The translations under genes and the position numbers were made by a program. A stretch of DNA of 51,040 bases from an uncultured Dehalococcoidales bacterium. GTDB lineage: Bacteria > Chloroflexota > Dehalococcoidia > Dehalococcoidales > E44-bin46. This document shows positions 35,731 through 46,075 of this stretch, in pieces (position 1 is the stretch's first letter; every line of letters starts with the position of its first letter). The notes beneath the pieces were generated by a model. The model was not told the origin of the DNA. It was given only the letters and a program-made list of their open reading frames with translations, and made no database searches. Where the stretch lies: assembly GCA_964354655.1 (NCBI GenBank), contig CAYHAL010000006.1, positions 1-51,040 on the forward strand, given 5' to 3'.

Positions 35731-36792
35731 TTATTTACACTTCCCTTTCACTAGTGCCAGCTCTTCAGCCATTCTTAGGGCATACTGGTCGGTCATACCG
35801 GCAATATAGTCAACTACCCTCCGTTCTGTCTCATCACTATGAAGGCGATACTCCGATAGCAGCTTGTCTTCATGCTCATTGAAGTATCTATACAGTAGAC
35901 GCATCACTTCCCTGGCTTTTTCCGCTTCCTTCTCGACTGCTTGCAGGTTATATACTCGGTCGAAAAGAAATTTACGCATGGTTTCGGTTGCCTCCAGAAT
36001 CTGGGGGCTCATCCCTATCTTTGGGCTGTCTTGGGCTTGTGCCTCACGACCACTGGCTGCCCAGGAGTAACCAATAATATCACACACCATAGTATTGATG
36101 CGTTGCGAGTGGGAGAGACCTAATACTTTAACCGCTGTAAGTGGTACGTCGCCCTCGGTGATGATGCTGGCTCTTATAGCGTCACCAATATCGTGGTTAA
36201 TATAGGCCACAGTATCAGCAATCTTACATACCTCACCTTCTAGGGTATTTACCTTTCCCCAGTCTTGTCCCAGGATATCAGTCCTGGTCTTGGAGTGATT
36301 AACAATGCCGTCTCTCACCTCCCAGGTAAGATTGAGCCCGTAACCATTATTCTCTAAAAGGTCGACAACTCGCAGGGACTGCTCATTATGTCTGAATCCA
36401 TGGTGATAGAGTTCATCTAAAACCTCCTCTCCCACATGACCGAAAGGGGTGTGCCCTAGGTCATGACCTAGAGCGATTGCCTCAGTCAGGTCTTCGTTAA
36501 GGTTTAGGGCGCGGGCTATGGTGCGAGCTATTTGGGACACCTCTAGGGTATGGGTGAGTCGGGTTACATAATGGTCACCTAGCGGGGCAATAAAGACCTG
36601 CGTCTTATGCTTGAGACGGCGAAAAGCCTTGCTATGGATGATGCGGTCTCGGTCACGCTGAAAGGCAGTGCGCACCGGACAAGGCTCTTCGGGTCTGAGC
36701 CTGCCCCGCGACAACCTGCTTTTGGTTGCGTATGGAGAGAGGCTTTCTTCCTTTTCTTCAGTTAGCTGGCGAATATTTAACCGCTCAATCAT
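35731..36792 (-). CDS. dgt: Deoxyguanosinetriphosphate triphosphohydrolase
   Basis: FQRDRDRIIHSKAFRRLKHKTQVF, TRLTHTLEV, GHDLGHTPFGH. Confidence 0.95.
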   Translation of the reverse strand: MIERLNIRQLTEEKEESLSPYATKSRLSRGRLRPEEPCPVRTAFQRDRDRIIHSKAFRRLKHKTQVFIAPLGDHYVTRLTHTLEVSQIARTIARALNLNEDLTEAIALGHDLGHTPFGHVGEEVLDELYHHGFRHNEQSLRVVDLLENNGYGLNLTWEVRDGIVNHSKTRTDILGQDWGKVNTLEGEVCKIADTVAYINHDIGDAIRASIITEGDVPLTAVKVLGLSHSQRINTMVCDIIGYSWAASGREAQAQDSPKIGMSPQILEATETMRKFLFDRVYNLQAVEKEAEKAREVMRLLYRYFNEHEDKLLSEYRLHSDETERRVVDYIAGMTDQYALRMAEELALVKGKCK

Positions 36793-39049
36793 TCGGTTTC
36801 AAGTTCTCTTCCACTTTGGCAATTATTTCTCTAGTTCTATCAATCATGTCCGGACTGACTGAAACTGAGGTAATGCCCCACTCCACCAGTTTTTCAGTAA
36901 GTTCAGGGTAGACTGAAGGTGCCTGCCCACAGATAGAGGAGGTAACCCCCATGCTTTTGGATACTTTGATAAGCCGTTCCAGGGCGATAAGCACAGCTTC
37001 ATCCCTCTCGTCAAAGGTGTCGGCTAGTTTTTCGCTATCTCGGTCAATGCCCAGGATGAGCTGGGTTAAATCATTTGAGCCGATGGATATGCCATCAATA
37101 CCAACCTCAATAAACTTTTCCAGTAGAATGAAGTTAGACGGTACCTCAGCCATCATCCACAATTTGAAATCGCCAGAGCGCTTTAGCCCTACCGACTCCA
37201 TAATCTTTACCGTTCGAGCCAGTTCTTCAACGGTTCGGACGAAGGGAATCATAACCCAAAGGTTGGAATATTCCTGTCTTACTTTTTTAATAGCTTCTAA
37301 TTCTAGCTTAAACACCTCAATGTCGGTAATGTACCGGGAGGCACCCCGGTAGCCAAGCATCGGGTTCTCCTCAACAGCTTCATAATTTTCCCCACCTTTG
37401 AGGGCTCTATACTCATTGGTCTTGAAATCATTGGTTCTGTAAACTACCGGACGGGGATTGAATGCCTTGGTAAATACCGTCAGTCCATCGGCGAGCTTAT
37501 CTATGAACTCTTGGCCCCGGTTTTGGCTAAGCATAAAGTTGGGGTGCTCACCAATCTGGGCGACCATGAACTCGGCTCGAAGCAAACCGACACCATCAAC
37601 GTCACGCGCTGCTACCCTGTCAGCTAGGTCAGGTTGAGCCAAGTTTACGTAGACCCTTGTCTTTGTCTTGATTCTTTTCGTGGGCACAGCGGCAGCACCA
37701 GCCGACACTGTCTCGGCTACTTTCCCCTCGTAGACCTTACCTGTTGAGCCATCTACGGTGATTATCTGTCCGTCTTTCAGGGTAGAGGTGGCTCGCTCGG
37801 TACCGACCACACAGGGTATGCCTAACTCCCGACTGACGATAGCGGCGTGGGCGGTTCTACCCCCACGGTCGGTGACAATAGCTGCCGCTCGCTTCATTGC
37901 CGGCACAAAGTCGGGGGTGGTCATTTCAGCAATCAGGATATCGCCTTCTTTTACCTCGTCTATTTGGGAGGTGTCAGGTACTATTTTGACTGGTCCTGAA
38001 GCTATGCCGGGGCTGGCGGGTGCCCCGGCCAGCAATACCGGGGCAGTAATTTCAGGCGCAACCCCAGCGGCTACCTCCTTCTTTATCGTAGTTACCGGGC
38101 GGGTCTGGACGATAAAGATTTCCTTATCCTCTTTTGCCCATTCTATATCTTGAGGGAAGTGATATAAATCCTCAATATATTTGCCTAGCTTAGCCAGAGT
38201 AACTATGTCATCGTCGGTTAACTTTTGCTGGGTTTGCATTGAGGACGAGAGTGGCACTTTAATGTTGGGTTGCTGGTCATCACCTGCCGGATTCCTTATT
38301 AGTTGCCAGTCTTGCTTGGCAATTTTTTTGCTAGTAATTTTTACGTCCTCTTTATTTACCATGTAAAGGTCAGGGTTTACCTCTCCTGAGACGATAGCTT
38401 CACCAAGCCCAAAGACAGCCTCAATAGCAATCTTACTGGCGTCACTGGTTACTGGTTCTATGGTAAACATAACCCCGGATGCCTCAGATTGCACCATCTT
38501 CTGGACCGGGACAGCGATGCCAACTCTAAAATGGTCAAAACCTTGTTGATGTCTGTAGAAAATGGCTCGCGGGTGAAAGAGGGATGCCCAGCACCCTTGA
38601 ACAGCAACTATTACTTGTTCCTCCCCTTGGACATTTAGAAAAGTGGTTTGCTGCCCGGCAAAGGAAGCCGTAGGCAGGTCTTCGGCAGTAGCTGAGGAGC
38701 GCACCGCAACCAAGCCTCTACCCATCTTAATATAAGCGTCTCGGATTTCCTTAGCTAGTTCCGGGGGCATAGGAGCATTTAGGATTATCTCTTTAGCCTC
38801 ATTAGCTACTTGCTGAAGTTTTCTACTATCGTTAACGTCTAGCGGCTCTAAAAACTCACGAATCTTACCACTTATTCCCGACCTTTGTAGAAAGTCGTAA
38901 TAGGCGTTAGCGGTTACAATGAAGCCAGGGGGGACAGGTATTTGGGCATTAGTCATTTCACCCAAATTTGCCCCTTTACCACCGACAAGGGGGATATCAT
39001 TTTTGGAGACTTCATTGAACCAAACGATAGCCTTTCGGCTTTCTCTCAT
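36785..39049 (-). CDS. ppsA: Phosphoenolpyruvate synthase
   Basis: VGGKGANLGEM, AVRSSATAEDLP..SFAGQQ, GGRTAHAAIVSRELG, SIGSNDLTQ. Confidence 0.97.
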   Translation of the reverse strand: MRESRKAIVWFNEVSKNDIPLVGGKGANLGEMTNAQIPVPPGFIVTANAYYDFLQRSGISGKIREFLEPLDVNDSRKLQQVANEAKEIILNAPMPPELAKEIRDAYIKMGRGLVAVRSSATAEDLPTASFAGQQTTFLNVQGEEQVIVAVQGCWASLFHPRAIFYRHQQGFDHFRVGIAVPVQKMVQSEASGVMFTIEPVTSDASKIAIEAVFGLGEAIVSGEVNPDLYMVNKEDVKITSKKIAKQDWQLIRNPAGDDQQPNIKVPLSSSMQTQQKLTDDDIVTLAKLGKYIEDLYHFPQDIEWAKEDKEIFIVQTRPVTTIKKEVAAGVAPEITAPVLLAGAPASPGIASGPVKIVPDTSQIDEVKEGDILIAEMTTPDFVPAMKRAAAIVTDRGGRTAHAAIVSRELGIPCVVGTERATSTLKDGQIITVDGSTGKVYEGKVAETVSAGAAAVPTKRIKTKTRVYVNLAQPDLADRVAARDVDGVGLLRAEFMVAQIGEHPNFMLSQNRGQEFIDKLADGLTVFTKAFNPRPVVYRTNDFKTNEYRALKGGENYEAVEENPMLGYRGASRYITDIEVFKLELEAIKKVRQEYSNLWVMIPFVRTVEELARTVKIMESVGLKRSGDFKLWMMAEVPSNFILLEKFIEVGIDGISIGSNDLTQLILGIDRDSEKLADTFDERDEAVLIALERLIKVSKSMGVTSSICGQAPSVYPELTEKLVEWGITSVSVSPDMIDRTREIIAKVEENLKPND

Positions 39050-39168
39050 AATTAACCTCCTTTTCGGTTAAGGTGAAAAGTGTTTACTTTTGTTTATTAA
39101 TTATACCATAATAAAATGGTTTAACTGAATGCTATTAGATATTGTTCAGACTCTATCTGCTGTTTTAG

Positions 39169-39197
39169 TTGACAGTGTTGGTAATGAGGAGTAGAAT
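39169..39197 (+). promoter_or_regulatory. Sigma70-type promoter
   Basis: TTGACA-17 nt-TAGAAT upstream of 39225. Confidence 0.75.
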
Positions 39198-39224
39198 TAA
39201 ATGTGCTATTGATAGATAGGGGGA

Positions 39225-39785
39225 ATGGCTATGATAGAGATGGTTATTGACAGTATTCGAGTTAATATGGTGAATTACCAACGGGTAGTGATTTTAAAGG
39301 AGAAAGATGCTGAGCGCTATCTGCCTATTTGGATTGGTCCTGCCGAGGCGGATGCCATACGGATAAAACTTCAGGGTGTTACCGTACCCAGACCTTTGAC
39401 TCACGACTTGTTACAATCGGTAATTAATAGCTTGGGAGCTACTGTCAACTCTATCATCGTCAGCGACCTTAAAAACGACACCTTTTATGCCAAGATTATT
39501 CTTAATGTAGATAGCGGGGTAATAGAAATTGACTCTCGTCCTAGTGATGCTCTAGCCCTGGCAGTAAGGGAGGAAGCGCCTATTTATGCTGAGGAGGCAG
39601 TTTTAGATAAAGCCGGTATCCTCCTGGATAAGGAGTCAGGCAAGCCTATTCCCAGTGAAAGGGAAGCAGGTAAGGCTGGGGGGAAGGGTAAGGAGATTAG
39701 TGAGGAAGAGCTAAAGAAGATGTCGGCTTTCTATGATTTCATTAATACCCTTGATTTAGACGACTTCGATAAGCGTAAATCTTAA
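39225..39785 (+). CDS. Bifunctional nuclease family (DUF151) protein
   Basis: YLPIWIGPAEA, RPLTHDL, IDSRPSDALALA. Confidence 0.95.
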   Translation: MAMIEMVIDSIRVNMVNYQRVVILKEKDAERYLPIWIGPAEADAIRIKLQGVTVPRPLTHDLLQSVINSLGATVNSIIVSDLKNDTFYAKIILNVDSGVIEIDSRPSDALALAVREEAPIYAEEAVLDKAGILLDKESGKPIPSEREAGKAGGKGKEISEEELKKMSAFYDFINTLDLDDFDKRKS

Positions 39786-39814
39786 GCTAGACTTTTTGTC
39801 TTAGGGGCTGAATT

Positions 39815-40141
39815 GTGGAAGAGGGTCTTATTAAAAAGTTGTTGGCTTCAATAAAGTGTGGTGTTTGTGGGCACCGCTATGAGTTAGATAATATTAATGT
39901 CCTTAGCCACAACCAAGATTTATGGTTTTTGAGTGCAATTTGTTCAGCATGTCATACCCGGTGTTTAATAGCCGCCATAGTTAAGGAGGGTAAGGCGCCT
40001 GAGGTTGTTACTGACCTCACTGAGGCAGAGCTGGGTAGGTTCAAGAAGGCGGGTAAGCTAAACGCTGATGATGTGCTAGAAATGCACAATTTCCTAAAGA
40101 ATTTTGACGGGGACTTTTCTCGGCTGTTTAGCCGAAAGTAG
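39815..40141 (+). CDS. Conserved hypothetical zinc-ribbon protein
   Basis: CGVC...CSAC; DDVLEMHNFLKNFDGDF. Confidence 0.8.
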   Translation: MEEGLIKKLLASIKCGVCGHRYELDNINVLSHNQDLWFLSAICSACHTRCLIAAIVKEGKAPEVVTDLTEAELGRFKKAGKLNADDVLEMHNFLKNFDGDFSRLFSRK

Positions 40142-40201
40142 GGTAGTGGGGTAGTTAATAATTAAATAATAACTAGAAGCTCATTATAAAAGTTGCTATT
40201 T

Positions 40202-40234
40202 GCCCTAGAAACAAAAGTTCTAGGGCTCTTTATT
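40202..40234 (+). terminator. Probable intrinsic terminator
   Basis: GCCCTAGAA-7 nt-TTCTAGGGC followed by TCTTTATT. Confidence 0.6.
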
Positions 40235-40385
40235 GCCCAAAGACAGGTTTATTAAGGTAATTCTTATGGGGGTAAATCTAGTATTAACCCTAGGGATAAT
40301 TATAGTTATCGGTTTTGTGGTGGGTTAGCCACGGAAAGAGCCCAGTCTTTGCCATCACGAGATACAGGAGGAAGGTTTTAAACAA

Positions 40386-41744
40386 ATGCTAGCCTTACCC
40401 CAAATCCTTACCATTGCTATCTTCGTCGGAGTGCTCGTCAATATCATAGTGGGCAAGGTACGTCGTTATTTTGCTGCTCTTATTGGCGCTGCTCTTATCT
40501 TTGTTGTCTTCTTCGTCGTCTTAAAAAGCTCGGGGATGGCACTTGATGTTTTGAACCTGGGACAGGTTGGTCAATTTAGCTTCTGGATACCCGGGCAGGA
40601 GCACATAGAATCCCACGGCGTAAACTGGCAGACTATTATCTTTATTGCTGGCATGATGACCATGGTGCAAGGCCTGAGCGCAGCCGGCTTCTTCCGTTGG
40701 TTATGTCTGTATGTGGCTAAAATGGTCCGCTACCGGGTTGTCCCTATCTTGCTTATCTTTATGCTGCTCTCAGGCTTATTATCAATGTTCATTGACAGTA
40801 TTACAGTGCTGTTATTCTTGGCCTCGGTAACTATTGAACTGGCTCGCTTACTTAAATTTGACCCGGTTCCAATAATAATTGCTGAGATCTTTGCTGCCAA
40901 CACCGGTGGTAGTGCTACTATGGCTGGCGACCCACCTAACATAATCATAGGCACTAGCTTAGGTTATACCTTCAGGGATTTTGTTTTTAATACCGGGGCT
41001 ATTGCTTGGGCAGGTATGGGGGCAGCCTTAGGCTTCTTTTATTTTCGATTCCGCAAAATACTAGCTTCTCAGCAAAGCAGTTCAAGCAACTCGCTCAATC
41101 AATATCCAGAGCCCAAAGAAGCCATTACCAATCCCCGTCTGTTCAAGATACAAACTGCCATCTTTATTATGTTGGTCGTTTTGTTGGTTACTCATGCTCA
41201 AACCGGGATATCTGTAGCTCTGATAGGATGCATCGTCGCTGCGCTCACTATGCTTGCTGCCGGCGGGGGGGCGCTACCTATTATCAAAGGGGTGGACTGG
41301 CGAACTCTGCTTTTCCTTATCGGGTTGTTTATCTGTGTAGGGGGCTTGGAGGAAACAGGGGTGCTAAGGATGTTTGCCGGGTATATTGAAAAAATGTCGG
41401 GTGGGGACATCCGATTGGCAGTACCTCTTATCCTATGGTTTTCTGCCTTTCTCTCTGCTGTAGTGGATAATATCCCCTTTGCTGCGGCTATGGTCCCGGT
41501 GATCACTCAACTCTCCCGGACAACTGGCTTGAGTCTATCCACACTGGCTTGGGCTCTGGCTTTGGGTACAGACATCGGGGGCAATGCTACCCCTATCGGA
41601 GCCTCGGCCAATGTAGTTGCCACAGCCATTGCTAGAAGACAGGGTTATCGTATTAGGTGGGGAATATACCTCAAATATGCATTCCCAGCTATGGTTATAG
41701 TAATTGCTCTATCCCACCTGATGTTAATTGTAAGATATACTTAA
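40386..41744 (+). CDS. ArsB/NhaD/SLC13 (IT superfamily) permease
   Basis: Multiple TM helices; SMFIDSIT, ANTGGSATMAGDPPNII, SAVVDNIP, GGNATPIGASAN. Confidence 0.92.
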   Translation: MLALPQILTIAIFVGVLVNIIVGKVRRYFAALIGAALIFVVFFVVLKSSGMALDVLNLGQVGQFSFWIPGQEHIESHGVNWQTIIFIAGMMTMVQGLSAAGFFRWLCLYVAKMVRYRVVPILLIFMLLSGLLSMFIDSITVLLFLASVTIELARLLKFDPVPIIIAEIFAANTGGSATMAGDPPNIIIGTSLGYTFRDFVFNTGAIAWAGMGAALGFFYFRFRKILASQQSSSSNSLNQYPEPKEAITNPRLFKIQTAIFIMLVVLLVTHAQTGISVALIGCIVAALTMLAAGGGALPIIKGVDWRTLLFLIGLFICVGGLEETGVLRMFAGYIEKMSGGDIRLAVPLILWFSAFLSAVVDNIPFAAAMVPVITQLSRTTGLSLSTLAWALALGTDIGGNATPIGASANVVATAIARRQGYRIRWGIYLKYAFPAMVIVIALSHLMLIVRYT

Positions 41745-41748
41745 TAGG

Positions 41749-42255
41749 TTAAATTAGCCCCTCAATGGGCTCGATAACTATGCGTCCGTGATTAAGGTCA
41801 ATAGATTTTACCACGTCCTCAATAGCGGGGGTGAGAATCTCTCCTCTAGTACCACTGACTACATAGATATCGTTACTTGCGGTGGTTAAAATCTCGGTAA
41901 TTTTCCCCAGTAATTCTCCCTGGGTTGTCTCTACTGCTAGCCCGATAAGTTGGAAGTGGTAATACTGCCCCTCGGGCAGGGGCTGAAGCTGGCTGTGATG
42001 TATTTCTATAGCTTGTCCTCGTAGCTTTTGCGCCTCTTCAATACTATCAACGGAGCTAAGCTTGATAATTGCCTTACCGTTACGCCACTCGGTGCTGTCA
42101 ATGGTCATAGGCTGCCGGTTAATATAAATCTTTGACGAAGGAACGAAGCGTTGTTGCGGAAAAGAGGTTGCTACCTCTACCTTTAGTTTACCTTTGTTAC
42201 CCCACGGGGCTAAAATTTGACCAATAGTTACATATTCTGGCTGGGATAATCTCAT
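41749..42255 (-). CDS. rimM: Ribosome maturation factor RimM
   Basis: IGQILAPWGNKG, LPEGQYYHFQLIGL, NDIYVV; synteny with rpsP-khpA. Confidence 0.95.
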   Translation of the reverse strand: MRLSQPEYVTIGQILAPWGNKGKLKVEVATSFPQQRFVPSSKIYINRQPMTIDSTEWRNGKAIIKLSSVDSIEEAQKLRGQAIEIHHSQLQPLPEGQYYHFQLIGLAVETTQGELLGKITEILTTASNDIYVVSGTRGEILTPAIEDVVKSIDLNHGRIVIEPIEGLI

Positions 42256-42306
42256 CCTGATTTGGTAGCTGATTAATACATTTCTAACTTCGTTAAATCT
42301 TCTATT

Positions 42307-42534
42307 TTAGATAATTTCAATGGTAGCTCTGGTGCCAGCCTTGGCGGCTTTTACCCTAATTAAGGTGCGCATGGCTTGAGCTACTCTGCCTTGCTTTCCA
42401 ATAATCCTCCCCTTATCCTCTTCAGCAACTTGTAATTTAAACACGGTTCGCTGCTCATCGGTTTCTTCGGTAACTACGACATCATCGGGTGAATTGACAA
42501 TTGATTTGGCGATGTACTCAATTAGTTCTTTCAT
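42307..42534 (-). CDS. khpA: KH domain RNA-binding protein
   Basis: [17 protein letters not shown]. Confidence 0.93.
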   Translation of the reverse strand: MKELIEYIAKSIVNSPDDVVVTEETDEQRTVFKLQVAEEDKGRIIGKQGRVAQAMRTLIRVKAAKAGTRATIEII

Positions 42535-42800
42535 GTTTTCTCCTTGGTTGTTTTGAATTTTTCCAGAATACCCACCTTTGACAATAGTCTAGCGGCGGTA
42601 TCGGTTGGCTGAGCCCCTTGCTTTAGCCAGTGTAGTGCTTTTTCTTCATCTATAACTATTGTTTCTGGGTTGGTTAACGGATTATAGTGGCCAATAATGG
42701 TGATAAATGCTCCGTCACGCGGTGAACGGGCATCAGCTACTACTACTCGGTAACTAGGCTTTTTTTTGGCGCCGGCACGTCGTAATCTTATCTTTACCAT
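42531..42800 (-). CDS. rpsP: 30S ribosomal protein S16
   Basis: [37 protein letters not shown]. Confidence 0.98.
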   Translation of the reverse strand: MVKIRLRRAGAKKKPSYRVVVADARSPRDGAFITIIGHYNPLTNPETIVIDEEKALHWLKQGAQPTDTAARLLSKVGILEKFKTTKEKT

Positions 42801-42822
42801 CTTAGCCGCCTTTTCGTAGATT

Positions 42823-42851
42823 ATTATGCGCTATATTTGTTTGGCTGTCAA
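42823..42851 (-). promoter_or_regulatory. Sigma70-type promoter of the rpsP operon
   Basis: Minus strand TTGACA-17 nt-CATAAT. Confidence 0.7.
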
Positions 42852-42903
42852 CAATGGTTAGCAAATAGTTGTCAGAAGGTTATGCGCTGGTTATAATGAA
42901 GGT

Positions 42904-43605
42904 GTGAAGGTAGAGAACTTGCACGGTTGGCAGGTTAGCATTGACCAGGCTGTGGACATACAGTTGAGGCTGGCAGCACAGGTGTCCAGAAGTGGTGAAG
43001 TCGGAACTCCCCACTTTATAGCCGGGGTGGATATATCAGCCGATAAAGGACAAGGGGTGGCTACCGGGGCGGTGGTTGTTTTACAGTACCCTGAATTTGA
43101 GGTAGTGGAAACAGAAGTAGTAAACGACAAGCTTAACTTCCCCTATATCCCCGGGCTTTTGTCCTTCAGGGAGGCACCTTTGATACTGGCTGCTTGTCAG
43201 AAACTTACTATTACTCCCGACCTTATTTTGGTTGATGGACAGGGGATTGCCCACCCCCGACGAATGGGTCTTGCCTCCCACATAGGGCTCTTTTTGAATT
43301 CACCAACTATTGGCTGCGCTAAGTCTCTACTATGTGGTACACATCAATTACCAGGTGCCAAGCCAGGTAGCTACGCCGAGGTGGTTGACAATGGTGAGAC
43401 TATAGGGGCGGCTTTACGAACTAAGCTTGGAACCAAGCCTATTTATGTTTCCATAGGTCATAAGATTGACCTGCCAACTGCTATCTACTGGGTCATGAAG
43501 TGCTGCCGTGGATATCGTATTCCTGAATCAACTCGGCTTGCCCATCTGGCGGCTGGCGGCAACTTGGCACCTAAAGCCGGCTATCAGAGCAAGCTTTTTG
43601 TCTAA
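42904..43605 (+). CDS. nfi: Endonuclease V
   Basis: IAGVD, FPYIPGLLSFRE, VDGQGIAHPRRMGLASH, IGCAKS, YVSIGH. Confidence 0.97.
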   Translation: MKVENLHGWQVSIDQAVDIQLRLAAQVSRSGEVGTPHFIAGVDISADKGQGVATGAVVVLQYPEFEVVETEVVNDKLNFPYIPGLLSFREAPLILAACQKLTITPDLILVDGQGIAHPRRMGLASHIGLFLNSPTIGCAKSLLCGTHQLPGAKPGSYAEVVDNGETIGAALRTKLGTKPIYVSIGHKIDLPTAIYWVMKCCRGYRIPESTRLAHLAAGGNLAPKAGYQSKLFV

Positions 43606-43628
43606 AAGAATTTAGAGGTCGTTTAACG

Positions 43629-43821
43629 ACCTATCCCCCTGTCCCCCTTCCCTTGTTAAGGGAAGGGGGAGTGGAGATAAGAGAGGGGCGAAGCCGGGGT
43701 AAAAAGCCCCTCTAAAACTCCTTTTAAGGAGAGTCAAAGAGAGGCGAATACGGGGTAAAAAGCCTCTCTAAAGTCTCTTTCCCCTCTCCTTGAGAAGGAG
43801 AGGGGGATTAAGGGGGTGAGG
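43629..43821. repeat. REP-like repeat, full doublet with expanded loops (copy 4)
   Basis: Same layout as 24252-24423; both GCGAA hairpin loops carry an extra CGGGGTAAAAA tract. Confidence 0.92.
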
Positions 43822-43825
43822 GCAG

Positions 43826-44924
43826 ATGCAAGAGTTAAGGGATAAACTAAAGGATTTACAGGCTAGGGTAGCTATGTCGTTGGTGCACCTTTGACATCGC
43901 TACTAGGGAGAAGGAGATTACCCGCTTGGAGAAAGAGTCAGCCCAGCCTGACTTCTGGTCAGACCGGGCTAAAGCTCAGGGTATCATGCGTCGGTTAGCT
44001 GAACAGAAGAAGCTGGTGCAGTCTTGGCGTGAGATGGAGAAAAAGGTGGCTGACATTGCTGAGTTAGTCCCCCTAATACAGGAGGATGCTCCGCTGTGGG
44101 CAGAGATTCAGTCTGAAATAGGTAGGGTGGCTTCCCGCCTTGATGAGCTGGAACTAGAGAGGGCGTTTACCGGTGAGTATGATGCCAGAAATGCTATTTT
44201 AGCCCTTCATGCCGGGGCCGGGGGTACAGAATCCCAAGATTGGGCTGAGATGCTACTGAGGATGTACCTTCGCTGGGCTGAGCGGCACGGTTATAAGGCT
44301 GAGGTATTAGACATTTCCCCGGGGGAGGAGGCAGGGATAAAGAGTGCCGTCATTGGGGTCAGCGGCGATTATGCCTGTGGCTATTTAAAATCAGAGCACG
44401 GAGTCCATCGCCTGGTTCGTCTTTCCCCTTTTGATGCTGACCACGCTCGGCATACCTCCTTTGTCTTGGTTGAGGTTATGCCTGAAGCTGAAGCCGATGT
44501 AGACGTTAAGATTGAGCCTGACGATTTGAGGGTTGATGTGTTTAGGTCAAGTGGACCGGGAGGACAGCATATGCAGAAGACGAGCAGTGCTGTCAGGTTG
44601 ACCCATCTACCTACAGGATTGGTGGTTACCTGTCAGAGCGAGCGTTCTCAGCACCAGAACAAGGAAATTGCCTTAAGAATACTTCATTCTCGCCTGCTGG
44701 AGTTAGAGCTGGCAAAGAGGGCTGAGGAAAGGGCCAGGCTTAAAGGCAAGCGTATCGCCGCTGGCTGGGGTAACCAGATTAGAAGTTATGTCCTCCATCC
44801 CTATAAGATGGTAAAAGACCACAGGACTGATTATCAGACAAGCGATACCGATGCGGTATTAGGTGGGGAATTGGATGGCTTTATCACCGCCTATCTTCGG
44901 TCTAAGATGGGTAGACAAGGATGA
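43826..44924 (+). CDS. prfB: Peptide chain release factor 2 with programmed +1 frameshift
   Basis: ATG 43826 MQELRDKLKDLQARVAMSLVHL then CTT TGA C (43889-43895); the +1 frame DIATREKEITRL joins ORF 43926; SPF and GGQ motifs present. Confidence 0.97.
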
Positions 44925-46066
44925 ATAAGAAGGCTCGCCTATTAGCTTTAACCTTTTGTTTGTTGGCTTTATTAGTTCCTAGCCTGGTTCAAGCCCAGGG
45001 TGGGCTAGCAATACTGGGTAGCTCGGCTCAGGCTGAGTTCCCTTATAGGCTTAATTTTAGTTTATCAGCCGAGAGCGATGTCAATATTACTGATATTCGT
45101 CTCCACTACTGGGTTGACCGAATAGGCTTTGCCCGGGTAACCAGCGAAGTCTATATTGAATTTGTGCCAGCTAATACTGTTCATATTAATTGGTCTCTGG
45201 AAATGGTGATGATAGGTGGGCTACCCCCGGGGTCTAGTGTAGAGTATTGGTGGACAGTGGAGGATGCCAAGGGTGACAAGGTTGAGACAGCTTCAGTTCA
45301 GGTTAAGTTTAACGATAATCGCTATTCTTGGCAAAGTTTAACCGCGGGTAAGGTAACTATATACTGGTACGAGGGAGGCGAGTCCTTTGCTCAGGAGCTA
45401 ATAGCAACGGCTCAGCAGGCTTTAGCTCGGCTGGCTGAGGACACTGGTGCCGAGCTTGAGAAGCCGGTTGAGATATATATCTACGCTAATGCTCAGGATC
45501 TGCAAGGGGCTATGATTTATCCCCAAGAGTGGACTGGGGGAGTAACCTTTATCCGATACGGTGTTGTCGCTATTGGTATAGCTCCGAGTAATGTTGATTG
45601 GGGTAAGCGAGCAATTGCCCATGAGCTAACCCATTTAGTCATTAATCAAGTTACCCTTAACCCTTATATTGACCTGCCTACCTGGCTTGACGAGGGTTTA
45701 GCTATGTATAACGAGGGTCCACTGGAGCCAGCGTTTGCTGACTCTCTTAGTACAGCAATAGCTGAGAATAGGCTTATCTCGGTGCGGAGCCTGGCAAGCC
45801 CCTTTTCTGCCTATGCCGAGGAGTCCGTCCTTTCCTATGCTGAAAGCTATAGGCTGGTTGATTTTCTCATCACTAATTATGGCGGGGGGAAGATGCTTGA
45901 GCTGCTGAATACCTTTAGGCAGGGAAGTAGCTATGACGGCGCTCTAGAGGAGGTTTATGGCTTTGATATGGATGGGCTGGATGCCTTGTGGCGGGCTTAT
46001 GTTACTATGTCGGCTCAGCCAAGCGTGATGGAGGTGTTCCCAGCCCTAGTCGCCGCTGGCTATTGA
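44921..46066 (+). CDS. Secreted peptidase MA-like metallohydrolase
   Basis: Signal peptide; IAHELTHLV, PTWLDEGLA, SYAES. Confidence 0.88.
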   Translation: MNKKARLLALTFCLLALLVPSLVQAQGGLAILGSSAQAEFPYRLNFSLSAESDVNITDIRLHYWVDRIGFARVTSEVYIEFVPANTVHINWSLEMVMIGGLPPGSSVEYWWTVEDAKGDKVETASVQVKFNDNRYSWQSLTAGKVTIYWYEGGESFAQELIATAQQALARLAEDTGAELEKPVEIYIYANAQDLQGAMIYPQEWTGGVTFIRYGVVAIGIAPSNVDWGKRAIAHELTHLVINQVTLNPYIDLPTWLDEGLAMYNEGPLEPAFADSLSTAIAENRLISVRSLASPFSAYAEESVLSYAESYRLVDFLITNYGGGKMLELLNTFRQGSSYDGALEEVYGFDMDGLDALWRAYVTMSAQPSVMEVFPALVAAGY

Positions 46067-46075
46067 AAGCCGGGC

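Noticed and set aside
40255-40375. Possible c-di-AMP (ydaO) riboswitch upstream of the permease (GGGGGTAAATC...TAGGGATA)
   Set aside because: The other conserved blocks (GCTGAATCC, GGAACC, CAGCTAACC) are absent; an Rfam scan would settle it.
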